From the NCBI GenBank assembly GCA_003344405.1, contig NOWV01000172.1, positions 124,001 to 169,869 of the forward strand: DNA of 45,869 nt, read 5' to 3'. Positions 13,718-25,600 of this stretch are shown here, piece by piece. The first letter of the stretch is position 1. Every line of letters begins with the position of its first letter. Both the position numbers and the translations under genes were made by a program. Source of the stretch: Trichoplax sp. H2 (taxonomy: Eukaryota). The notes under the pieces were generated by a model. That model saw nothing but the letters and a program-made list of their open reading frames with translations. It was not told the origin of the DNA and ran no database searches.

Positions 13718-16700
13718 TTATACTGTTGTTACTTTCCGGCGATCGCGTAGACGGGGTAAATATTCGTTAATAAAGAAAGCTATAGTCCCCCTTCTTCCAC
13801 TCTATAATTGTTAAAATGAATTAAAATCACCATTATACGAATAACTTCGTACCTTGCAGCGAAAATAAACACTTTAACAATAAATATCTTTGCAATAATT
13901 ATTACATTGCACGATTATACACAAGCTCGCAAAAATGTTACAGTATTATTTTAACCTTACAAAATCGTATTTCATTCCAATATATTATAATTCTACTTCT
14001 ACTTTACTAAATGATGACTATGCAGCAATAAGTCGCAATATTAAGCTTACCTTTTTCAATAACTTTTTGTCTGCCTCATCCATATACCAATTTGTTGTTC
14101 CAACATGGTGAGTATTAATTCCAATTGTTCTATGTACATCCACACCCTTTCAATGTAAATTTATAAATCACATAACATATAACCATACAAATTACTATTA
14201 TATAATTTTTTAAGAAGTCAATATTTTACTACGAGGTATCTAAATTCTTTCATAACCAACCTTTACAAATCTCCTTTTAGAACTCATTGCTAGTGTGTCC
14301 TATTTTTTCAATTATAGTATTTGATATTAACTTAGTCTATCAAATCGTAAATTGGTTCTACATAAACATAAAAAGTATATCTTACCAATAACGATGACAC
14401 GTATTCAGAGGGTTTGGTTATGTTGACCCGCTCAAACCCAAGATGACCAGTCCTCAAATTTACACCAACAGAACGAAAATATCCAAGAATCTCATTCAGT
14501 TCAACCTATAGTATTAATGCAGCTAATGTTACCTTCATTGACACTGCAGTACACTAATGCCTATATTGAAGTATTTATATTTTAATCGTTCTTACAAATT
14601 TCTCAAGGCTTTAGTATAAGGTAACAAATATCAACAAAGCTTTTAAGCATGTATACAGTAAATCTTTAACATCTATTGTAATAAATGAATGTAAACTATT
14701 ATGTGCACTATGCAGTAAGCCAGTAATTAAAATTGTTTTATCGCTCTATCAATTATTCCTTTAATCTTTACCCTATTATCATTGTTCGGATTAATTTTTT
14801 TCATGAAGTCAACTTCACCACCCCGACGCAGTAGTTTCGACTTTGCAGTATTGTCTAAATTCTATTTACAATTTTAAACATTAATAAACATCTAGACTAA
14901 AAACCAACATTATGTAGTAATATCATTCTCTAAATCCAAAAGTAGGTAACCCTTAAAATTTCTTGTACATCTTCCAGGCGATAATACGATGGTCTATTTC
15001 CATCAGTTACAGCGTATTTATCTAATTCCTGCATAAAATTAAAATACCATTACTTCTAATGCGGAAATGTTCGAAAACAGAATTTAGTAAAATATAAAGC
15101 TAACAAAATCAGTAAAACACTGGGTAAGGCTATCACGTAAACAGAAAACGTGCAAGTACAGTGATACTAATTGTCAGTAAGACCTAATGGCAGCATGGGC
15201 ATACTTGAAAGTCAGACGTGAGTATAGAGCATTCTTCTCGGTCACAGCGACAGTTTACTTAGTATTGCATGCATATAGCAAAATCTGCTAGTTATCAACA
15301 TTATTAGTGTATGTAGTAATTAACTATAATTGTAAGTGTAAAGTACTACAGTACTATTGCAAAAATTATAAAGTTGATATGAAATAGTTGAAAAATAACG
15401 GCTTTTTTGGTTGAAAATACTTGTAAAGTCTACGAAATGTTACAATCGCTTCGCATTAAGACTATCATAAAGTAGTAATGTCATACATTCCATACAGTCT
15501 AGCAAGTGTTACAATAATTGCATAATGAATACCGTCATAAAACGTTCAAATTCTCGTAGTAAATCCTGTCGATCTGAATGAGAAACCTGAATGGATTTCC
15601 TAGTTTGTTTTAGCAAATTGTAATTGAGCTCCAATTAATATATTTTCTCGATAAAGGGAAAAAGAGTATGATTCTGCGGCATAAATCTGTATTGTGCTTA
15701 GAGTGCCAGTTGCCAACAATTTAACAACCGCTAAATTCCTATATACTTGCCTGCCCTTTTTCTGGGATAGTTTCGTTTGAAATTCCTTACTCAAATGATA
15801 ATTTACCCAATTCCTAACCGATTGCTTAGGCATAGAGGGGTTATTCTCTTTGCACCGATGAAATAACGAAGCTTCTCTTTCTATTAATTTTTTTGCAAAT
15901 ATTTCCGCTTCATTCGCTGAATACTACGGTAAGAAGCATGTTATAATAAAACGATTAATACTCTTTATAATGTTGTAACATTTATTGGCGATATCATCTC
16001 AATATAATACAATTGTGATACAGCCATTCCGAAGATGCAATTTAATAGCAGGCTTAGATTGTACAGTTACACTAGTAATAAGTCATGAATACGTACGTAA
16101 TCGATAGAATAAGCAAATTTCACAAGAAATTTATTCGGTATTTATTAACTTACTAATAGTAGCCCTAATGTTTTCCAGTTGCATTCTGTCCCAAATCTGG
16201 CAGCGTCATCATATAATTCATCAATTCTCGTATGGAATGGTCTAAGTTTTTTAACGAAATGATTTTTCTCTTCTAAGGAAAGCCACCATCCTAAACAAGT
16301 AATTGTACAGTAATTATGAAAAAGGCTTTGATACAGCGTACAAAACACACTATAGCTGAAGAACAAATTACTTCTAACGGGAATAGCTTACCATCTTAAT
16401 TACGTACAGTAGAATAATAGCCATCTTATTGTTTTATATGAAAGTAGAACATCTTTACTTTATAGGCTTTACAGAAGTTACTACTGTATGTTATTGTCTA
16501 TTTACAGTAGGTTGTTCTATTTTTAAAATCGAAATTTGAAATTTTTCTAACGTGTATTATCGTATATTTTCGAAAAATTATTTAGAAAAGCGACAAGTAT
16601 AGTACATGTTATTTTTTCGTAAGATTAACTACATATTCGATTTAAATAATACGTTTGGAACACCGTAATAATAATTACAAATTAAGAAAGTTTACCGTCG

Positions 16701-18509
16701 AAAACGTGTATTGGATAGTTACACACTAAGCCACCATCAACGTAAATATCTTTCCTAGATGAACCCTTTTCCCATCCACCACATATACAGCAACAACACC
16801 AACAACGAATGCATTTACACGATTTTTCGGATATATCACTTTCATCATAATCTTCTCTAGGATAACGCATTCTTGCAAAGTAGACTGTAACAACAAGTAC
16901 GCGTATATAGTCAATTCAAATCTCCTTAGCATTAAGGATTAGTTCCACTTCTCTTATAAAAATATCGGTATGAGTACGAGCTATATGTATACTAAAATGA
17001 TTACTAGTCTAGGGGCAAAACTGTAACAACACTAGACAAAGGTAAACTTTGATACAGAAAAAATTTAACAGGACTCACAAGGAAGAGACATTGACATTCT
17101 GACTGCTTTATAAATTTCCATGTTTGGCGTAGTTTTTGCGTGTAGATAATCTGCAGATAGCCGATTTAAGTTTGTTGAGACGATACATAGTTCGGTATCA
17201 TTACGTTCCAACAGCTAAAGATCAATACGTATACTGGTAAGTATCAAGTGTAGCCGCATTAAATAAAATATGATTACAACTACTACATGAATACGCTCAT
17301 TTCGTTACTATCAATTTCATTAAATAGTTATAGCCATCAACCTGAGCGAAAGTGATATCTGAGTCGATATTCAGTTCTTTAAACCTTTGTCTGAACCAGC
17401 GCTCAATTCTTCGCCCGGGATTCCAACCAAATTTGGTGATTAAATTGGGCAGCAAGCTACAGCAACCTAATGCATGATCTAGACTCGATAATATTTGGTT
17501 AACAACTGTTAGTATAGATGTTTAGCCTTGTTCAACGTAAGTATTGAATTTTAGTCTAATCTATATGCATCTAATAACAAGAGTTAGTCAAGTTGTATTT
17601 TGAATACAGCATTTTATTATGAAAGATATTAGTTTTAACTTCAGTGGATACCTTCTAAGATACCCTTAATATTTTGATTGAGTAAATAATCAATATCTTC
17701 TAGTTTCAATCCTATTGCAAGGAGAGAAGCAAGCATTGCACCAGCACTAGCTCCAGCTATCCGTTTAATCCTTCTGTTGCCATTGGCATCCGTTAGTATT
17801 CCTAATTCTTGTAGAACCTAATTGCAAATTGTCAATGCAAACTTAATGAATAGCATTGTAGAACTAAGAAAGGGTTCAGTTCATTAGTTTATTTGCATAG
17901 TATGGTAAATTGATCACTTTGATGCGTAGTATATTTTAATGGAGTTGAAGGATATTTACAGTATCGCTATGGGCTGGCTGTACTTTATTTACTGTAATTT
18001 ATAAATGACTTTAACTTAGCCATTTGAATCAATCTACTATCCCTTTGTGCTAATTTTATATTTAAAATTTCTGATATAGAATTCGCTATACTGTATATGC
18101 ACACTGTTTTATATGACTAATTGCAAGACATACTGTAGCTGCTGTAATACCATAACGGGATTCATGTCCATTTTATGGGCTAGATTTACTATTTCTCTGT
18201 ATTCCTTATACTATAATTCCAGTCATCATTTCTATTCTTTTCGGGGATTTCAATCATGTAGGAGGACGTCATTTTAATATGATCAACTCAGTACAGTTCC
18301 TGTCATAGTTATCGAGCGTAACTACTATCATTCGGCTTACTTGTAATGCTCCGATATAGGCGATACCCTTAACACCACCGCCTTCAAAAACCAAATTTTC
18401 GATTTCATCTTCCTCAGTTAATCGTCCTTCCTCTCTTAAAGTTTGCAATTCACTTTTAATATGATTTATTAATCCCAATTCTTCTGGATCGAAGCCAACG
18501 CTCTCTTCA
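13718..18509 (-). CDS. Patatin-like phospholipase B, tandem paralog of A; one EF-hand-like loop; 5' end uncertain
   Basis: Exons: 18341-18509, 17652-17817, 17342-17478, 17079-17214, 16696-16884, 16154-16290, 15751-15923, 15533-15599, 14951-15028, 14772-14861, 14386-14505, 14261-14299, 14051-14146, 13718-13801 (TAA). Motifs: ENLVFEGGGVKGIAYIGAL, AGASAG, AVRMSMSLP, YVDGGLVCNYP, INPNNDNRVELNE, RTIGINTHHVGTTNW. Most intron positions and phases are shared with gene A. Confidence 0.92.
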
Positions 18510-18560
18510 CTATAATGAATGAATTGATGTCAATTTAGCACAATGTTGCACGATCTGAAC

Positions 18561-19366
18561 CTTAATATCGATGGGTACTCATGTTGTGAAATTTCAATTT
18601 GAAAAGTTGTCTGACTGTCATTCGATACGGCTGTACGTATGTTGTACTATATTCTCGAAAGATGTGTACTGTAATGTATTTGTTGATAATAAGATTACTT
18701 CAACTTTGTACCACAAGAATTGAATTGACTCATTGTAATCCTCTTGATCGGCATGGTAACTGTGACTGATTGACGGAATGAATCCATGCTTGTCTAGAGT
18801 CTTCTCCAACCATTGGTACACTTGTGTGCAGTATGATGGATGTCTTACATAATATGAATTCATGATTAAAACATTATTCTTATTTCAGTCGTACTGTAGA
18901 TTTCTACGCTGTCATGGTCACTCTCTGCTGTGATAATACGTATACGCGTCGAGGATAGGGTCGTTTATTCATTTTCATTTCACTTGATTGCTTTCCTTGG
19001 CTGTATTATTCATACATGCTCTTTCTACCTACAATATCTGCTTGATTGATACAGTAGAAAGAATTCCTGATCTGCAGTAAATTGACCAATGTCCTCAACT
19101 GTATAGGAAATCCTTGCACATCCGCGTCCACGTATTTCACACTTGCGTCTGACGAAAATTCACCTCTTATAGAGCACAAAAATGTTACTGTTGTACTGTA
19201 CTGTACTGTTCACTTGCAGTTGCTGTATTGGCAAATTGTCTTCTTGTTATTATTTCAACAAAATGTGGATGGAGAAGATACTAAATATTATTATGTTGCC
19301 TTCTATCGACAACGAATCATTGCAATGAGATGGCAAAACTTACCTCCTGGAACGATTACGATTCAT
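18561..19366 (-). CDS. Tentative 5' exons of patatin B (first exon MNRNRSR, 19344-19366)
   Basis: ATG at 19366 is followed by a strong AG|GTAAG donor. The duplicate copy across the gap differs in this exon by an in-frame 3-nt insertion. Candidate downstream mini-exons (RKCEIRGRGCARISYTVEDI; VSNDSQTTFQIEISQHEYPSIL) can be joined in phase to the 18509 acceptor, but some splice sites are weak and I have no homology support. Confidence 0.35.
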
Positions 19367-20317
19367 CTTGATTCCTTGATCACAACCGAATTGCCACACT
19401 AATCTACTGGATCATATTAAAGTAACTTAATCCAATTGCAATGGCAGCCAGTGGACCCAATTAAAAGCGGTACTGAAACGTTCCAACTGGCACACAACCG
19501 TAAACGCTTGAAGCCAATGGGGTTGAAACGCTACTCCGTCAAAGTGACGCGTCTTGGAGTCAANNNNNNNNNNNNNNNNNNNNAGAATTGAATTGACTCA
19601 TTGTAATCCTCTTGATCGGCATGGTAACTGTGACTGATTGACGGAATGAATCCATGCTCGTCTAGAGTCTTCTCCAACCATTGGTACACTTGTGTGCAGT
19701 ATGATGGATGTCTTACATAATATTAATTCATGATTAAAACATTATTCTTATTTCAGTCGTACTGTAGATTTCTACGCTGTCATGGTCACTCTCTGCTGTG
19801 ATAATACGTATATGCGTCGACTGTGTGACCAATATCCTCAACTGTATAGGAAATCCTTGCACATCCGCGTCCACTTATTTCACACTTGCGTCTGACGAAA
19901 ATTCACCTCTTATAATATAGAGCACAAAAATGTTACGGCTGTACTGTACTGTACTGTTCACTTGCAGTTGCTGTATTGGCAAATTGTCTTCTTGTTATTA
20001 TTTCAACAAAATGTTGATGGAGAAGGCACTAAATATTATTATGTTGCCTTCTATCGACAACGAATCATTGCAATGAGATGGCAAAACTTACCTCCTAGGG
20101 GAACGATTACGATTCATCTTGATTCCTTGATCACAAGCGAATTGGCACACTAATCTACTGGATCATATTAGGTTCAAGTAACTTAATCCAATTGCAATGG
20201 CAGCCAGTGGACCCAATTAAAAGCGGTACTGAAACGTTCCAACTGGCACACAATCGTAAACGCTTGAAGCCAATGGTTGAAACGCTACTCCGTCAAAGTG
20301 ACGCGTCTTGGAGTCAA
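18716..20317. repeat. Near-identical direct duplication flanking a 20-N gap (18716-19563 vs 19584-20317)
   Basis: The sequence after the gap restarts at agaattgaattgactc (as at 18716) and ends at gtcttggagtcaa (as at 19563). The copies differ by SNPs, small indels and a 130-nt block (18953-19082) absent from the second copy. Confidence 0.95.
19564..19583. other. Assembly gap (20 N)
   Basis: Run of n. Confidence 1.
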
Positions 20318-20633
20318 TGGTAGCTATAATTGAATTACCATTTTAGCTGCAGCATCGGACGAGTACAGTATACTGTATGTAGCAGAGTCAAATTGCAATA
20401 CGAAACACTACTATCCAATACAACCCGAGTCACTGGCATCACTTTCTCTCTCTTTCTAAGAATGATGACGCAAGAGTCATCATCTTGATGACAATAACAA
20501 TCGCGTTTCGCCACTCATTTGCTTTTAATATTTGAGTTATTGAACTATGGTCGCACATAGTCGCACACGTGCTGGGCTAAATTCGAGCATGCGCGAAGAT
20601 GCCACCACTTTGCCTGAAAGGTCCGCTTTACTC

Positions 20634-20693
20634 ACAGTACTGTGTACTGTACTGTACAGTATAGTACTGTACTGTATGTACTGTAGACTGTAG
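20634..20693. repeat. Degenerate (CTGTA/TACAG)n pentamer microsatellite
   Basis: acagtactgtgtactgtactgtacagtatagtactgtactgtatgtactgtagactgtag. Confidence 0.85.
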
Positions 20694-21286
20694 AGGTTCA
20701 AAAACATCTGTGTTTTTGACGAATAGGAGAATTTTTAATGTTGAACAGCTTTTAGTATAGAGAAAATAGAAGGAATTTCATACACATCACTCTACAGTAC
20801 TGTATTTCTGTTTTACCAGATTTGCAGTCATTTCCTCTCTGAGCAACTGCAGTTTTATCTTCCTACACTGTACAGTACAATATTCATGAGTGTACAATTC
20901 AGCCATATTGATATCGATCGATACTCAGCGTAAGTACAGTATAATACTGGACGTATAATCGTATTTTGCTTGTCTGGTCCAGTATTTTAGTAACAACCCA
21001 CATGCCCACGGCCCACAATCTTCTGAAAAGCATACTACAATATTTTAGCATAGCCCATAGCATGAAATTCTCGCCCTTTTCTATACTATACTCTACCGTA
21101 TATACAGTACTGTATGATTGAAAGATATCAACATAGCAGGGCCTAGTGTACAATAACTGTACTTTAATGCCTTCCAAAACAGCAACGATATCCTGAACTA
21201 TGACCAGATCCAGACCCCCAGTAGTTTTACAGTACTGTATATCAGACTTTGAACTTTAACCATTCCTCCCTCTGGTCTCTAGTTTC

Positions 21287-21335
21287 ATTGCTAAAAAGTT
21301 TACAGTAGACTCTCTACTGTAAACTTTTTAGCAAT
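21287..21335. repeat. Perfect 23-bp inverted repeat with 3-nt loop
   Basis: attgctaaaaagtttacagtaga-ctc-tctactgtaaactttttagcaat. Confidence 0.95.
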
Positions 21336-22622
21336 AAAATTGAAATGAATTATTATTAATTATCAAAGACCTTGGCTAGACCTGTCAGAGATTCGGTTAT
21401 CAAGATCATTTAGTAGTTTATGACTGTGCATTCGATCCAACTATACAGTATACAGTACAGTAGTTGGTTTCGCTAATCTGCACTCTCACAGTCAGGCCTT
21501 GAAACGGGCATACTGTACTCAGTAGAGTCGTTAAATGGAGTGAAAAGTAACCCGAACCCAATGGAATTGTTGATTTTCTATCCCCAAATGAGTGCAATCG
21601 CTATACAAACACTGTATCACCATAGAATTTCTGAAGTCGAATTTCGCCCTTCAAGTCTGTATACAGTACTGTATAGTAAAAAAGAAATTTGTAATTTCTA
21701 TCGCTATACAGTACAGTACAGTACTGAGTCTGATGAATTTCGATGGCACTCTGAAAAGATATAATTGTACTAGTTCAATCAGGTTCCAACGAGATCAAAT
21801 CTATATGTATTTGTAGTCGAATAACTCAGAAATGCCGATTTGGTTCTTATTTCTCGAAATAGTTTATAATTTTCCCGTAAAATTGGTTAAAAGTCTACAA
21901 TATCTACAGTACGAAATGAATTTTTTCTACAGTCCAGTGCAGTACTGTACAGTACTGTACAACTGGAAGAAGCACTCTAGTATTTGACCCATTTCGGAAG
22001 GCTACAGTACGGTCAAGTGTAACCTTGGTGAAGTACATTGTACTGTACTACTATAAAATGAACTGACAAGACCCTCCATAAGGGTCTCTACTGTAGTCTA
22101 CTCACAACAGGATTCTATGGACCACCGCAACAAACTATTGTACTGTATAGTAGAGCACGTCCAACACTCCTCCAGTTCCCTAGTCCCTAGCAACGCCATT
22201 GTACCGTATCGTGGTCAAGGAAGAAGCACCATCAGTCACAAATAACAAACCTTCTCATACCATAAATAGATTAATGAATTCTATTATCCGATATATGAGT
22301 CATGAACATGTTGAAAAAGACTTTTCAGTCTTCAGTCATACTCATCCTTGATCACCCTTGGCTGGGGTGCCATCACGTCATAACCGCGTAACGCTCGACC
22401 GTATTTGCCGTATTGTACACCGACATACAGACAAACAGACAGAACATAACAGTCAAACCAATCATCGTTAACATTAGTCCAACGGTGGTGTGATCGGTGT
22501 CGGGCTGCCTATCTGCCTGCCTGCGTTTTTGCTTGTGGCTTTTTTTCCGTCCATTCCTAACTGGAATATTATTGCAAGCGTTGGACTAAAAAGAAATCGA
22601 GTAATCCATAAATGATTTGATT

Positions 22623-25600
22623 ATGTTGTTAGAAAGCGAAATTACGGGATATGATGTTCTAGCGGTGGTGTGTATGGGACTATGGAGCTATTTTATTTCT
22701 TTTCATCTTGTAGCGCTAGGATACGGGTAAGGGCGTTACTTACTTATACTATATCAATCATGTCTACTTTGCGTGCTCTTCCAGTCGATAGTATCGTTGT
22801 TGAAAGACGTTTTTATAGCGGTAGCATAGTCAATCAATGCTTGCTATTTATTCCAATTCCAATCGGCTCTACTTCTCATTTGGCTATGCCAAGATGTTAC
22901 TTATTGATAGTATACTACGTTAAGGTAGCATATTGTACATGGCAATGGCTTAATTACTCCTTGAATGATGGCGTCTTTACAGTAATGTACTTGAATTCAA
23001 TATGCCACCAGTCGTGCCTAAAATCATACTACTCGATAAATAGTAGTACTACAATCCGATATTTTGGGGGGGGCCCCCGCGTCTCTCTCTCTCTCACTCC
23101 TATTTTAGGATCGGATTTTTAACGTAATGTCTCTATTTTTTACCTTCTTTTATCTATTATAGCAAGTACATTTTATACCGTAAGAGTCAATCAGAGCCAG
23201 AAGAATTAGCCGATGTGCCAGGAGTATCTATTCTAAAAGTAAGTGGTCAATGATGTGAAAAAAAAAAATGAAGTAAAAGGTATCCTACACAGACGATTGA
23301 CCAAGTAATGATGGCCATCCCTCAATTTATGCGTTGATGCGTAAACTTAATCTTGCTATTCACTACCATCGAACTTATTTGGTAACTCGATCATTATAAT
23401 TAAATCAGTCACCTTAAATAACTTTAAAATGCCCTTTTTAGACCAGTGGAGTACGGTACCCTACTGTCAACAGTGTACAGTATTGAACAATAGTCATAGT
23501 AACTGCCCACGAACTAGTAGTATTTTAATACCCATTAGAAAAACGTATTGCTTTGGTATGTTGAGTATGCCCGGTGAAATATCGTTAATACCGTTAATAT
23601 CGACAATCTGCTTATTTAAATCTCAACTAAAATCTACTTTTGCCCATTTTTTCTACTTCATTACCTTATTTACAGCCTTTAGTTGGTGGAGACGCTAATC
23701 TATCGCACAACTTGGCCTCTTATTTCGAATTAACGTATAGCAGAGTAAGTCTGGCAATCTTTTTATTAAACTTTGATCTTTTATTGAAGAATTGTCAAGG
23801 AAAAAGTAGTAGGCAGATCAAGTGTTTTCCTTACATTTTCAACGAAGAAGAAAAATAGAAGTTGTCTATACTTTGCTATTTCTTTCAATCCAGAATTGTG
23901 ATCTTACTCGGATTGCATGTTTGGACTTTATTGCTACTGTACATGAGAAACACTTCACAATTATATACTAGCTAAAAATGCAGTAGACATTTTAAGTTTA
24001 ATTGTTACTGCTTTTCATTTCTCTACCGTCTAATTGATACTTTTTTAAATTGTCAATCTACTAGTACGAACTCTTCTTTTGCATCCAAAATCCTGAAGAT
24101 CCCGCTATTGAAATTGTTAATTTATTAATCAAGCAGTACCCGAACGTCAAAGCCCGTTTATTTATAGGTAACTAACTGTAAATCATGTTTTTTTTGTTAA
24201 ATTTCAAAATTAATTTCAGCCATATTGTTGAATTGAATTTTTACTTGAATACAATCCATGTACCCGCGTGAAAGTGCTACTACGTTGCTATCATTTGCCT
24301 AATTGAAAAGACTCTTAGTGAAATTAAATACTTCATCACAGCAGCCTTGATGGTAAACCCGTACAACCAATAACAACTCCTTCGCTCTGTGTCAAGAAAG
24401 TAGTGCCGTTAAAACACGTGTATTCAAAACATAAAACCACTAAAACTACTTACTCCCTATCCTATACTGTAGTTCACAAACTGGTTGATATCTTTTGGAA
24501 ATGATAAAAATTAGTACTGATAGTGTGGTATCGTACACTGTACGCCCAAAGATTAGTTTATCTACAGTATCTATAATAGTAGCTGGCCTAATGATCATTT
24601 ACACCCAGGGGTAAAAATAATAATCAATCGATTCATGACATTTTGCTAGACTGCCGTAACACACAGTCCTGATAGCTGTTGTCATTGTAAAGTTACTTGT
24701 AAACCAAATCCAATTTTACATTGTACAGTATGTTGCCAAGAACGGTAAATCTCGTAGACCTAATGAATCTCATATCTAGCAAAATTGATTGGCCTCGCTG
24801 CAAACATAATAAGATCAGCATACTGTACTGTAGTAATCTTTAGATTTTTACTCATTCATTTTGTCATTATCATTTTTATCTATTGTACAGCATACAATCT
24901 ACTGTATATTTGGTTTGTAGCATTATAAGTACTTTATTGTGGTCAATAGTACATACGTAAATCGTGAGAAATGAAAACCATGGAGTATAGTCTTTCACAA
25001 ATAATGCTGATTACCATGTTATCTACAGTACAATATATTAATAAATAACAAATCACTGCTGCATAAAGTGACTAAGACCATGATAACTTTAGTAAAGTAC
25101 TATAGCCTGAAAATTATTGCGTTTTCCCATAATTTCCTCTAGATTAATCATGATCCTTCTTAATAGTCATATCACTATTGATTACAAATATATATAATTA
25201 TACCATACGTCGACCGTAGGTTTATCACTAACTTTCATACAAGGGTATATCAGGTGGATGTACTGCCCCGCTAGTAAGGAAGAATTGATTGTAATTAAAG
25301 ATATCAAAATTAAGTTTCCCCAAGGCATTTGCTTAGTAGGTCTAATGAATATACTTTACTATAAATAATTGTAAATAAATACTACTGTACAGTATAGTAA
25401 AAAACAATCGAATGAAGTTAGCCTAGTAACTACTCTAAGAATACAAGTATTGAACATAGCGTATAATACCCAAGATATAATAGCAATTCCGTGACAAAAC
25501 TGAATAGCATTTTATGATAATATAACTATGATAGGTTATGACAATAAAGTTTTCGATGATACGAAAGTATGCTCTCTCAATCTATGGATTAATAACGGCT

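Larger units (their letters stand above)
20320..22622. promoter_or_regulatory. Divergent intergenic/promoter region between patatin B (-) and UGCG (+)
   Basis: The genes are head to head. There are locally GC/CpG-richer patches at about 20500-20630 (CACGTG 20566-20571, GCATGCGC 20587-20594) and about 22340-22560 (TCACGTCA, CCAAT). The motifs are short and unverified. Confidence 0.4.

Noticed and set aside
490-18509. Bacterial or endosymbiont contamination
   Set aside because: Both patatins have many canonical spliceosomal introns at shared positions and are contiguous with UGCG and ENPP.
19082-20153. Duplicated + strand ORFs (106 aa and 63 aa)
   Set aside because: They have non-ATG starts, include microsatellite sequence, are not preserved at full length between the copies, and are duplicated only because of the gap-flanking repeat.
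21730-21760. CTGATGA...GAAA hammerhead-like core
   Set aside because: Stem II and the flanking stems do not pair.
20899-21816. Short ORFs in the divergent intergenic region
   Set aside because: They are translations of TACAG/CTGTA-rich low-complexity DNA (YSTV-rich).
22670-23122. 150-aa ORF, the longest in the track
   Set aside because: Out of frame with UGCG exon 1 and runs through intron 1; no recognisable motifs.
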